A DNA stretch of 64,000 nt from contig NW_027271831.1 of the NCBI RefSeq assembly GCF_040938485.1, positions 310,001 to 374,000 of the forward strand, in the 5' to 3' direction. Positions 1 through 12,700 of the stretch are shown here, piece by piece (within the stretch, counting starts at the first letter, position 1; each line of letters begins with the position of its first letter). Source of the DNA: Diadema antillarum (lineage: Eukaryota). The position numbers and the translations under genes were made by a program. The notes below the pieces were generated by a model, which saw only the letters and a program-made list of their open reading frames with translations, did no database searches and was not told the DNA's origin.

Positions 1-312
1 GTGACACACCAAGCGAACACACAGTGATGTGACGCGTTCGCTCGTGCAGAGATGCTGTAAATGCATTGTTCCGCTACGTATTTTCGAAAGCGATCCGCAT
101 TTCGTTATAACGGAGCACATTTCTTTTGTTTTTCTTTGTCAGTGGTGCTCGGAAAAGACTTCGTTATAACGAAAATTTCGCTATAACCGTGTTCGTTATC
201 AGGTAATTTTGTACCATAGACTTTAATGGCGATAATTTTGGGACCAGAAGTTTTACTTCGTTATAACGAAATTTCGTTATAACCGTGTTCGTTGTAACGG
301 GAGTGCACTGTA
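1..312. mobile_element. Right end of a Tc1/mariner-like MITE (terminus ...ATAACGGGAGTGCACTG|TA); related ends at about 45880-46025 and 55660-55688
   Basis: The terminal 20-mer followed by TA occurs at three loci; internal CGTTATAACG palindromes repeat. Confidence 0.65.
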
Positions 313-802
313 ATTCTAATCCAACAAGAGCATGAAGAGAGATTGAAGATGCGGACTTTGGCGCATTGCATAGTTTTGATATGCCGTAACCAATAAAGAA
401 CATATAATAAAGCTTAAAAAGAGGGTCGCATGCACCTTACATTGAATATCAACATTCTCGAGTATTCACGTGTATGGTCATGCAGCTGCACAAAGAATAG
501 TTTCCCTTCGTGCTCCCGAATTCTAACAGGTTACTGTAGTGGTATACACATATGCCCTTACTACTTGTATCAGTCTCATCTGCTGTGATGATTTATTAGA
601 AGGCACAAAAAAAAAAAACAAGAGAAGGAGGAGGAGGAGGAAATGTTCAGTACAGCAACTCGTATGTGTAAATTGGTCATTATTAATTATTAAGAGACGT
701 TATTGAGATGAGGTGAATCACTTCCATGACTTCGATCAATTCAACGCAGTCCCCCCCCACCCCCCCCCAAAAAAAAAAACAAAAAAACACCGCGTTTGTT
801 AC

Positions 803-2017
803 TCGTATTTCCGTAAGTTCCGTTTGCAACTCTCTCCTCGTCGTCATGATGATCCGAGTTTGCTTCAAGTTCGTCGTAGAAATTGTCGTCGAACCACCAG
901 GCGTAGTCTCCTGTGGTTTCGTTATCTACATAGATTGCGAAACATCGCCAAAAAAAAAAAAAAAAAAGAAAATCATATTTTCCTTTACTTTCTCATCAAA
1001 ATTTAACTGCGACTCTGGAAGAGATGATACGGAATTTGAATAAACTCGACAATCATAGATTTAACTTTACCGTTGCAGTCCAAGCTTATATACAGAACTC
1101 GACGGACTACTATGTAAACGGAATTTCCCAAATCACTTCATGATAACAGAGGTTTGCCCAAAAGTTGTCCGACATTGCACCGATTATATTTTATCTGCAT
1201 TCTAGCTTTAAGGTTGCCTTTCACATTTTGAACACTCGCCCGTCATCATGCCAGGGGTTTTGGGGTGTCACGAATTGTCCTGCGAGACCTAACCTGTCTC
1301 CTGCGTCTCGGCGTGCGTATCAGATATGCCGTCGTTGTCGAGGAGGACGATGTGCGCAAACCTGGTGTTGGCCAGCATCGACCGCCGCATCATGTTCACG
1401 TTGCAGATGCTGACCGCCGGGAATTCTAGCTCGCTCATCGACACGATATCGTTCCTGGTCGAGTACGGGTACGACAGAAACGTCTTGATGAGCCGCGTCC
1501 CTATTCGACCGTCAGAACGATAGGATTGCCCATTTAAGACACCAGCAACATAAACAAAATAACGCATATACGCACATATATAAAAAAGACACTGAAAGAC
1601 AGAGTTATAATAACTTAACTAAATATGTCCAACTTCAATAGACAATGATTTTTATCTATTGGAACTTGCAACTGTCAAAATGTTATTCTTGAAATTGGAG
1701 CCTGATCTAACTATAATATAATTTAGAAAATGCCCCTCTGTCAAAGCCGTTGACCTCTGTATACTTATCAATACAAGAGTCAAACTTAGAAGGATATCAC
1801 TATATCTTCTTCACAATACGATAACAAAATTTGATTCATTGTCAGTCGCACGCATAATATCAAAGCCTTGTTTAATGACGTGTCATCCTGAGCAGAACTT
1901 TCCCCTTTCAAACCGTGTATGTCATCATCCCTCTATTTTTTATCCTTGTTTGTTCAAAGGGTGCATGAAATGAGTATGGGTGCATCTGTAGACATGTGGG
2001 TGTGATGTGCATATGTG

Positions 2018-2079
<62 letters not shown>

Positions 2080-3973
2080 ATGTGCGTGTAGGCCTACATT
2101 GATAACTATGATATTATTTGAAAGTGATATGTTTTGTATAATTGTTCTTCTATTTGCGTTTTGATATTTTTTTTTATTTTGTTATGTTTATGTCATTCTT
2201 ATTTGTCATTTTTGAAACGTTACATATTCATAATAATTATATGTTGTTTGTTATAATCATGTTTTACAATGTAATGTAATGCATTGTTATTTAGCCTTCG
2301 GGTTACTACTTTGCACGTGTTTTTGTTTGTTTTTTTTTCAAATTGAAAACAAAAATCAATAAACTATTATCAATCAATCAATACTTCCATTATTGCACAG
2401 ACAACAGCACACTCTTCATCTCAAAACCTCAACAATATCTATCAATCATACGTATCCACGTGTGCAGTAATCACTGGTAATAAACCACATGTGTAAAATT
2501 ATTGGTTATCAACAATCTTGAGCATGTCCTGGGGCCCGTTTCATAAAACTTGTCATCAGTGACAAGATGTCATAGATGTGACAAGCTACTGAAATCCTTG
2601 CATCTGATTGGCTGAGAGCAAATTTGTCATAGAAATGTAGCAGTTGTCACTGATGACAAGTTCAGAACTTATAGAATACACTCTTTGAATTAAATTCATA
2701 ACCGGATAATCTGTGCAAAAATCAAGACATTAAAAAAAAAAACCAAGATCATCCAACAAAAGGCGTAGACTCGACACTCATTAGCCGCTCATTGTAACAC
2801 TATATTGATATAGAATCAGGTCTAATGATATTTCTTAGTGGGTGGGAGAACCATTGATTTTAAGCCCCTGCCTCTCCCCGACAGCGACTTGAGGTTAATT
2901 CGCTCGTGGAGTTGGGAATACATCTTTACATGCATGATTATAAATTGCATCTTTTGGGGTCCCCCAAATTGTGTTCAAAGTGCACATAAAACTGTATTCT
3001 AAGAAAGATAATTCCCAAATTTCCCCTATTAGGACAGTCCCATTCATTCCGGACTCTACGCGCCCTCGATTAGACCTAACTATTAAAATGTCTGTATATC
3101 CCTCTCTTCGCTCATTCAAATCAAATTACAAAGTCTGCATTAAAAATGTTCATAAGCTGGAATAAAAGCTCTGTACATAGTATCTATCAAACAATCTATA
3201 TCTCATATTATGCACATGACTTTGTTACAACTATATTGTACACGAAAGATGAAGAAAATGATTCACATGAAATATGGTAAACAGACAACAATAAAAAAAC
3301 CGCCCATTAAAATGAGACAAATTTGCTTAACATATTGCCTTGCGAAACATATTGCCTCTCTTCACCACGTGACTTCATTAATGGCAGTGCAACGTCATTG
3401 ATACAAGGCTTCTCTGCTTTTTCTTTTGCAATTGATTTACATCGCATGTGCTGTTAATACATATTACCTGCTGTATACATGAAATAGCACGTGGAAAGGA
3501 TTCCTTGAAATAAACTACATGTGTATTATAGTTTTTATTGATTACAGGTTAAAGAAGATAAATCAAATTGTTTATTTTTTTTATTGCAATCTTAACATAA
3601 TGTGCTTTCATCTCGCATGGCGCTTGAATAATCAATATGAGTTGCATGTAATAAAATTAGATACTAGTATTAATGAGCCTGGTCAAAGTGACCAAAGACT
3701 TGGATAGATCTGCATGATCGCAAGTTCTCGTATACATTTCTCTGTTTGTGAATCTGTATAATATAAAATCTTTATTTCATGCATCAATTCATATAGTGAT
3801 CAAGCAGCATGAGGGGTATATGAGTGGAATACTATACGCCAGACCCCCCCCCCCCCAAAAAAAAAAAAAAAAAATGGTATAGCTATAGCTATCATTTTTC
3901 TGGTGTATATTTATTGTGTTATTGTGAATGATATTGATGTTATCGAACGAAATTCGAATAAAGATTATCGAAA

Positions 3974-4052
<79 letters not shown>

Positions 4053-5892
4053 GGTGTGTGTTATGATCAAATAACATTGTACCTTCGAGGACAAATGCGC
4101 TGAGGCAGACGAGCACGGCTAATGTCCAGAAAGCTCGCTGCATCGTTGACTTCGAGCGGTATATATTTGGGATGCCGTGTGCCGTCGTAGTGTTGACGAA
4201 GTTTTCGATTAATCTGTTCAGCACTGTGGCCTCGTCTGTGGTATCTCGGTCTTCCGGCGCTTCGACGTCACTGGAAAATCACCATAAGACGCATAAAGTG
4301 AGGCATTGAAGACATTTTTTTTTTTGTTGATAGAGTGTATATAATTGCAGGCTATTTATGTATTAATATAGCTCACACTGCAAAAATATTGGTGTTAGAT
4401 TTAACACCATGGGTTTAAATCAAACACCAATCAAGTGTCATAGAGGACCACACCGACAGGTGTTAGAAAGTAGGTTGTGATGGTGGTGAAAAGTGTTCAC
4501 CTGGCACTTCGTGGTGTTAATTTGACACTGTGCTGGTGTTGTTTAAACAATGACACCGCATGGTGTTGATTTGATATTGATGGTGTTAATGTCAATGGTA
4601 TAACAACCGCCCAGCGTCTATATAGGAGACCACACCACACTGGTGTTACTGTTATAGCCTTTTCCCCCAAAAAAATCAAGCACTTTTGATCATCGGAAAG
4701 TTCTTGATCGTCTTGTTGAAGTTCAAAATCAACAAGAAGAACAGTAAGTAATTATTAAAAAAAAAAACAGTTTTATATTTTGAAGTGATACCCGAAAGTA
4801 TTAATCTAACACCACAAATTGAGCACCGGAAATTTAACACCAGCTCGGTGTTTCATATTTAACATCGGACTTTTTGCAGAGTAATGTTTAAGGCAAAATG
4901 ATGCTTGTTGCTCCGAAGGTTCGTTGGTCCGAAAATGAAATTTGTAATTCGTAAGGCTCGTTTGCCAAAACACCCAGGTTCATTAACTATTATCCCAATA
5001 TTTGTGGCGTTATTCCGAAGATTCGTTAGACCAATCCGAAAATAATGATAATGATAACAAAAATGATAAATGCATAGGACCTACAAACAAACCTTCGGAA
5101 AATGATCCTTATTGCATATTCGGAATAACATACCTTCGGATAACAATAATTATGTAACCGTTCTTACTTTGTGCCACGTGTTTATGCTGGGTTCCGATTG
5201 CAAGCGGCGTCTAATGATTTCGCAAAAAACTATACAGATTTCCGTATTCCATGCGATACTGAATATCAAGGCAATCGATACAAGTATAAAATAAACAATG
5301 GGAACTGATGAAGGCTCAATATAGTTTTTGCTTTGTTTCAATTGTTCTCCATTTGTTAGCAAATTGTGTAAAGAAGCAAATATTCACCTATTAGAATGGA
5401 TTTAGATTTTGCATGTTTTTGAAATCACTGCCCTGTATACCCATCTTTATTAGGATTTTCAGTGTATCTTACACATTGTCTTATAGGTTGATTATCGTTC
5501 GTTACAGCCAACAGTATAGGGTCGACACTCTAAGAAAATATAAGTGACTTCTCATTTTGAAGCTCAAATTGATTTAGGATTTATATATCAACAGATGTTA
5601 TCATGAGATTAGTCGCAATATTGTTTAAATCCTCACTTGTTAATATTTGCCATTTAGCATGAAACTCCCTAAAAACATTTTACTTCGATGAGTTCCTAAG
5701 TACACATAAGTACACAACATGGATGTGGGATATTGATCGATAGATTATACAAGAAATATGCCACGTCATTTACCCGCTGTTCTGAGTACGTTCACCATTC
5801 TTAAGTGGACTATCCTTTCCCTGGACCTGGTCTTGACTTGTCCCTTCTTCGAGTTCCAGAGACTCCCTTGGTCTGTGATTATCGTCTGTCAT
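803..5892 (-). CDS. DEG/ENaC (ASIC-like) sodium channel subunit, 5' part only; exons 5892-5774, 4270-4083, 1500-1294, 925-803; gene continues beyond the left edge
   Basis: Spliced translation MTDDNHRPRE...QNSG|DVEAPEDR...FVNTTTAHGIPNIYRSKSTMQRAFWTLAVLVCLSAFVLEG|TRLIKTFLSYPYSTRNDIVSMSELEFPAVSICNVNMMRRS...|DNETTGDYAWWFDD. It has the pre-TM1 HG motif (TTAHG), hydrophobic TM1 and the FPAVxxCN motif that define DEG/ENaC. All junctions are GT-AG with matching phases (2,1,1). Exon 925-803 has no family motif and is less certain. Confidence 0.9.
2020..2090. repeat. (TG)n microsatellite
   Basis: Direct reading. Confidence 0.95.
2531..2662. mobile_element. Small MITE (GGGGC terminus, possibly PIF/Harbinger-like); a related complete copy lies inverted at 41021-41158
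   Basis: Internal IR 2547-2565/2644-2662; the core GAAATCCTTGCATCTGATTGG is shared with the reverse complement of 41021-41158, which has GGGGCACTTCATCAAGCA/TGCTTGATGAAATGCCCC TIRs. Confidence 0.65.
3977..4060. repeat. (TG)n microsatellite close to the DEG/ENaC exon 2 donor
   Basis: Direct reading. Confidence 0.95.
4376..4881. mobile_element. Non-autonomous CACTG-ended (EnSpm/CACTA-like) element, copy 1
   Basis: Termini CACTGCAAAAA...TTTTTGCAGAG; subterminal GGTGTT/AACACC repeats; homologous along its length to the reverse complement of 49999-50532. Confidence 0.75.
4905..5150. repeat. Dispersed repeat built of TTCGTTATTCCGAAGG-like motifs; second copy at about 52190-52440
   Basis: TCCGAAGG/TTCGTT/CCGAAAAT motifs recur at both loci. 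Confidence 0.55.
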
Positions 5893-6517
5893 GATTACTT
5901 CTCCGCAAAATTTTACTCCTTCGTTTTACTATCACGCGTCTTATTGTGCTCTCCACAGGTACTTGATTACTGTCGCATGATAACCAATGTGATCCACTCC
6001 AGTGTGCTGCATCGATATCGAACGATATCTTATTGCTCTTCAGTTTCGTTAGAACAGGACGATGGTTCAAATCCCATGTGTAAACGGCTCTTCATTTATT
6101 TATGAGTCGTTGGACTTTCACATGTCTCCTTACATTATGTCTGCATGCGTCTTATGCAAAATTGGTAATGATATCGCATGAAGTCATTCCACAGAACTAT
6201 ATATTTCGGGTTGTTACTGGTAGTCATTGAGTGATAATTAACTAACGCCTCAAGGAAAAAAAAACACAACCTTTTGGCCACAGTTTGTTGTTTTTATGTT
6301 GTCTTTTAGCCCTTTTAGCCCATCTCATGTCATTTGATGCTGACGATCAAACATGAACTGTTACACAAACTGTCAACTGAGTGAAGCAAAAGAGGCCCCA
6401 CCATACGCTTCTGAGTATGATAAATAACTAATACATTAGTGTAAAGCACTATGCTAATTTTGTTAGATGTATATTGTTTGTTGATAATAAACAACTGTTA
6501 TTGTCTCCTGTCATAAA

Positions 6518-6549
<32 letters not shown>

Positions 6550-7423
6550 ATACACATGAGTACATTATTTGATATAAACAGTAAAAAGTATATATATTTG
6601 CATGTATCTCGCAAACGTAACACATTAACTGTACATCACCAGAATAAAGTAATGATCTATTCAATGTCATATACTGAAAATGCACTCACTCGTACAGTAT
6701 TAATAACCTTCATGTATAGCTAAGAAGGCTGCAATAACAGAGAAATTAATGCACGAGTATATACCCTATAGCGAAAATGTGTATTAATAATGATTCGAAG
6801 AGTTCTGCTTTTCATTTTGTTGTTGCTGTGCTGCTTGCTGTTTTGAAAGTAGGTTTTCTGAGTATCATTAATGTTGAAAGTTTTATTCTCTATCACTGCT
6901 GTGTATAGTTGCTGAGGTCCTTAGATTTTTGTTGAGGTGACATTAGATATTCGCATGACCCCTCCCTTTTAAAGGCCACTTTATGAGTCAATTTTAAGTC
7001 TCACATCTGATGTGAAGTGATCCAGCCGGAACCTTATCACTTTTTCGTATACCACGTATATATATAATGTACTAAAATGAAACTGGAAATTTTTAGCTCT
7101 TTATGGAAGAAGATGTTGAGCTCAGCAGTGCAGTGGCATCATAACATCACAGCTCATGACACACACTATATACACTATAGTGATCTCAATGTCACACACA
7201 AACATTAGCATCGCAATATACGCATTACCAGTCCAAGGAAGATGTAAAACAAGTGATCAAGGCTCGAATTCTGATTCTTAATTCATTAGGCCCTACTGTT
7301 CAAATGGTCATGGTGTTTCCATAAAGATGTAAAAAAGTGTTATTATTATCATTATTGTAATTACGGTATAAAAAACACACACACTGTCATAACATGAGTG
7401 AATTGGCATTGGGATCATTATCG

Positions 7424-7467
<44 letters not shown>

Positions 7468-7477
7468 GTATATATAT

Positions 7478-7719
7478 ACACTTGGTGATTCTATCCTTCT
7501 ATGAAGAGTGCTCGATATCCTCAAAGGAAGAGCTTTAGACAGAAGTATTGGAACAAGTTCACTCGGTTGACAGCAGGTTCATCCGTTTTCGTGGAATAGT
7601 TGAAGTTCACACGGTTTAGATGATCCATAACCGAGTGAACTTGTTCCAATACTTCTGTCTAAAGCTCTTCCTTCGATGATATCGAGCACTTTTCATAGAA
7701 GGATAGAATCACCAAGTGT
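7478..7719. mobile_element. Fold-back/MITE-like element with 91-bp inverted arms and a 60-bp spacer
   Basis: 7478-7568 is the reverse complement of 7629-7719 with 3 mismatches; flanked by TA-rich microsatellites. Confidence 0.75.
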
Positions 7720-7737
7720 TTATCTGCTCCTGGTACG

Positions 7738-7740
<3 letters not shown>

Positions 7741-7800
<60 letters not shown>
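7741..7800. repeat. (TA)n microsatellite separating the two fold-back elements
   Basis: Direct reading. Confidence 0.95.
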
Positions 7801-7804
<4 letters not shown>

Positions 7805-7908
7805 AGTTGTTCCGCGTATTGGCAGTACTAGAAATAGCAATAATAAAGTCACAACAGAGGAATGCAGGGAATGCATTAATAGCCAATCTTGATTAATTTT
7901 AATGAATA

Positions 7909-7946
7909 ATCCGAATTTTCGAGGAACCTTCCTCTTCTTCAGGGAT
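7909..7946 (-). ncRNA. Mirror-image copy of the same minimal hammerhead motif on the minus strand
   Basis: Exact reverse complement of 7978-8015 in the left arm of the palindrome. Confidence 0.7.
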
Positions 7947-7977
7947 GACAGTGCGAATATCTTATATTCGCACTGTC

Positions 7978-8015
7978 ATCCCTGAAGAAGAGGAAGGTTC
8001 CTCGAAAATTCGGAT
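7978..8015 (+). ncRNA. Minimal type I hammerhead ribozyme motif (Penelope-type), predicted cleavage 3' of C8011
   Basis: ATCC-CTGAAGA-A-GAGGA(AGGT)TCCTC-GAAA-ATTC-GGAT: stem I ATCC/GGAT, core CUGANGA, stem II, core GAAA, palindromic AATT in place of stem III, UUC triplet. Confidence 0.7.
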
Positions 8016-8081
8016 TATTCATTAAATCAAGATTGGCTATTAATGCATTCCCTGCATTCCTCTGTTGTGACTTTATTATTG

Positions 8082-8155
<74 letters not shown>

Positions 8156-8866
8156 TTCTAATTTGGCCACCATGACTATGATGATGTCCAAGTGTGTATA
8201 ACTGTGGAATATTATATCTTACGAACACGAGAACACGAAGTATGAAAGTACCCGCGGGATACGGCGTGGTGCGTCATAACGAATTGAATAAAATGTGGCA
8301 ATAAAAAGGAGAACACATCAGCGAAGTTATAGAAAAATCGGACAATCCTTTCAAAAGTTTTATAACTTTCGATGTCGCCATCGCTGGATGAGAACACTAC
8401 AACAACTCGTGACGGCAGTGTAGGTCTATATGAAAATTCAAGGAACATTTTTAAAATGAAAAATATACGCATTCCCTCCTCTTGATCATACAGACATAAT
8501 GTTGAGGGTAATCCCCCCCCCCCCCGTTTTCTGAAAATGAAAAACAATATGTTGACTTCTCATAATATTTTCTTTGTATTCTTGTCCATGCGTGACGTCA
8601 CAAAATGTTGTAGTCTTCTCATCCAGAAAACGGTGGCACTGAAACTTTAAAAACTCATAACTTTTGAACGGATTGTCCAATTTCCTCAAAATTTACTGAT
8701 GTTTTCAACTAATTGCTGCATCAACTCAATCCAAATAGGCCCTATATATTTGGGGTTCAATTCTTCAAAAACAAATTAGGTGTGGTTGGTGAGGGTGAAT
8801 CCCTCTACAAAATACGCCTTATTTGGCGGCTTGACAATCTTCCTTTCAAATTTAGGGAGACTACAT

Positions 8867-8984
8867 CAATGGCGGATCCAGGGGGGGGGGGGGCGCACCG
8901 GGCGCTCATCCCCCTCTTTATTTGTTGTTAAAACAAAAGAAATAAAAGGAAAAAATAAAATGAAACCCGGAAGTAGCACCAGAA

Positions 8985-9042
<58 letters not shown>

Positions 9043-9077
9043 GCGCCCCCTTTACGGAATTCCTGGATCCGCCTCTG
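8867..9077. mobile_element. CA(A/G)TGGCGGATCCAG-ended MITE (hAT-like termini); second copy at 47409-47572
   Basis: TIRs CAATGGCGGATCCAGG / CCTGGATCCGCCTCTG; both copies share the internal AAATGAAACCCGGAAGT.GCACCAGAAATAT. Confidence 0.75.
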
Positions 9078-9787
9078 TACATTTTGTGGGGGACGGGCGT
9101 AGCTTCACAATAAACACGGGACATTTTTGAGTGGTGGGCACTGATCTCTATAAAAAATCAGTGGTGACATGGTGGGTGATATATTCTTTCTGTACGAGTA
9201 TAAGGAACTCTGAGCGGAGTTTGAGCGAAGAAAAAAAAAAGATCAACCTTGCAAATTTCAGGACTGGAGTAAATATTGTGGTTACTTATAGATAAAACAC
9301 AAAAGACAATATATATTTCGTTCAATTTATATGATTTTTTTAAATATTTTGAACACGTGTGTTTGTGATGAAGAATTACTGTATAAGTGTATTTGCAGGT
9401 GAGAGACCTTTTAATAGTACTGTTATACATGTACGTATATAAATAGGATGACAAAGAGAGACGCTGTGTGTACAGATTCCGAATTTAATATTAGTTACAC
9501 TGACAGCACTCCATAGTATAAATGAGCGTGCCATACACAAACCGCCTATGTCTAGTGTGTCACGCCAATGCAACGTACCGTCTCCGTCAGCGGTTCCCGA
9601 GCTTCTGCATCGGATATCTGCTACATGCTAGTGTGCTGCCCACTTTTATTGCACACTGCAAGCTAGCTGCACACTACATACACAGAGCCAAGGAAGGTGG
9701 TGGGACTGCCATGCAAATTTGCCTGAGAAGCTGTTGACCACTTTGCTGTAAACTTTCTCTTCTAGGGATCAAGAAAAAGAAAACACC

Positions 9788-12700
9788 ATGGTGAGTATTG
9801 TATGCAAATGGTGCTGTTAAATGATATTCTACATTGTATTTTCTTGATAAAGTTCCTGAACATTCTGTAAATTTTATCTTCATAAAAAATAACTGTGTCA
9901 CTGCGTCTTGATGTTGTTTCTCCATAAACAATAATATTGTATACTGATTACCCAGTAACTGTTTTAATTGGACCCTTCACCTGTATCCACTGATGTTGTA
10001 TGATGAGTTAGGTAGTGCACGACAGACTTTGTGATGACCACTTCTATCTGTGATTAAAATTTACACGTAAATTATATGCTGTCACTGACATGTCAAAACT
10101 GCATACTGGTCACCTCCCCTATCATCAGCATACCATAGGCGATAGCCTAACAAATTTACATTCACATTCCATATTCCCAAAGTCCCACAACATTGGTGTT
10201 TGTTTGTAGAACAATTAGGTAAATTACTGCAACTATCTAGAACACCGACACCTGTTATGACACTTTTACCACTATTTGTACGCCTCCAGGTATACATCTA
10301 AGTTTTGTACCTGGTAGCGTACCAAATTTCTGTGAACAAAGATCATATGGAAGAAACAATCAAACAAACAAACAAACAAATAGTGAATGAATAGCAAGAT
10401 TGTAATAAAAAAGAGTGTTTCTTGTGACAAATTCCAGCCCAATTTCCAGCTGTCTTAACTTGCCTCTTCTGGTACATTGATTTTCTAAGAATGTTTAATC
10501 ACGAGTTCCACTCATCTTCTTATGAAGCATTCTAATTTCTTCAACAAAGGTACATTGACCACTGATGAAACAAATGGAATGTTGATTAAATGTGACCTGT
10601 CATTCTTTTATTTCCAATCGATTGTTTCTTTCTGGAACCCTCCGCATGAAATTGATGATAAAATATTCTTGATCCAAGTTTTAACTTTGAGAAAGTATGT
10701 TTTTGTTCTTTTTAACTTAGTTTCATATACATGTATGCTCATCTGGACCGTGTCATACAACGAAACATTTGAATATCCTTTACCTTCTGTGTTTTCTCTG
10801 TCATTTTGAATAGAAAGTTTGATATCTGATTCTACTGTTAAATAAAACTCACTTTTTTCAAACCAATTTTCAAACAATTTCTTGTTTTATGAAAAGAGCT
10901 TTGAATTTTTTGAAAAAAAAAAGATAATTGAGGTGTATTGTTGATTGTTATTTGAAATCGTAAAGGTGTGATGCTATGCTGCCTTTTATTTCTTCTGACG
11001 GGTGTTTGAGACAATTTACAGTTGACTTAAGACAGTGAACAATTTCAGCCTAACAAAAATCATGCTGTTCATAGAATGCATACCATACGTATGGTCCTTC
11101 TAAAGGTAACCACTCAATGACACATATAAATTGTCTTTGCATTCAGGCGGAGCGCAAGCAAGTGAACCGCTACTACCCGCCGGACTTTGATCCGGCCAAG
11201 CACAAGAGCATCAACAAGTACCGGAACTCGCACCCGCTGAGGGAGCGAGCCAAGAAGCTGAGCCAGGGGATCCTGGTGATCCGGTTTGAGATGCCCTACA
11301 ACATCTGGTGTGATGGATGTGGAAATCACATTGGAATGGGTGAGCATTTGCTGTGAAGCTGCCTTATTTTTTTTTTCCAATTTGATTTCAAATGTTCGAC
11401 ATTTATTCATGCAGTGATATATTTCCTCCTTCTAGTAAGTGGACTATTGTTAAAATTTTTACAAGTTGGTTTATATCTCTTAATTGCCATTTTACAGATT
11501 ACTGTAGTGCTGTATTTCTCAGTGATGTATTGATATCTGTGTGAAGATTGTTTTCCCTCATAGTGCAGCATTATGTAGTAATTATTGTTAGATAATTAGA
11601 TTCCAGCTCATTTATATGACCTAAAAAAAGTTGTTTCTTAAGACCTCATAATGCAATTTTGTTTGCTCTCTGCATCATAAAATATATTCCTATCATTACT
11701 CATTGTTGGTGTATTTGCTTAGACAGCTGATAGCATTCTGAGATAACGATGTTCCTGCAATGGATTTTAAGAGCAGATATATGGAAATGGCAGTTACAAA
11801 TAAATATCTCCATCGCTACCCTACAGGGGTGAGGTACAATGCTGAGAAGAAGAAGGTCGGCAAATACTACACGACACCCATCTACCGCTTCAGGATGAAG
11901 TGCCACCTGTGTGACAACTACATCGAGATGGAGACGGACCCACAGAACTTTGACTACACCATTGTCAGCGGTGCCCGGAGGAAGAACCAAAAGTGGGACA
12001 TGGCAGAGAACGAGCAAGTCCTGACGGAAGGTAACTGACATCTTTCATCGGTCTTCCACAACTAATATTTCTCAAAATATCTCTTTCCTTGCCCAGTATT
12101 TTTTTTTTGGGTGTGACTAAGTTTAATACTCCTCCATTTATTCTTGACATCATCTCTCTTAGAGAAGAGATGGCAGTATTAGAACAGAGGTCCTTTTATG
12201 TGAGCATTCTTTTACAATCATTTGTGAAGTGTGTAAATGATAATAAAAGTATTAAAAAAAAGGGAGAAAGAGCAGTACACTCTTGAAAAGTTCCATAGAA
12301 ACAAACTGTCTTTCGTGAACTTATTTCTTCGTGTGTATAAATAATTGAAAAACACAGTGATTATTACAATGGTTTTGTTTACTTTGTCAGTTGCATACAA
12401 ATGCCACTAATCAGCAGCATTCCAAATGGAAGAATTAGTCGACAGAAATCAACAGACATGTGTAATAGATGCATAATGTGCAGAATACATTTATGCACAT
12501 ACAAGGAATACCAACAAAATGTACTGACATGTGTGTGAATATAAATATGTAACATTTGAATGATCTAAAATTCGACAGATCGTGAAGCTGTGAAGAAACT
12601 GGCCAGGGATGCAATGTACAAGCTGGAGCATGGCGTAGATGACACCAAGAAGCTAAAGGCAGCAGCTCCCACCTTGTCTCAGATTGCAGAAGTTCAGGCA

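Larger units (their letters stand above)
7834..8085. mobile_element. Near-perfect palindrome (arms 7834-7960 and 7964-8085, 3-nt loop), probably an inverted Penelope-like pseudo-LTR remnant
   Basis: The arms differ only by a 5-nt indel; each carries a hammerhead motif; (TA)n lies at 7741-7800 and from 8083. Confidence 0.6.

Noticed and set aside
420-740. Possible further DEG/ENaC exons near the left edge
   Set aside because: Acceptor/donor pairs tried gave in-frame stops or no family motif.
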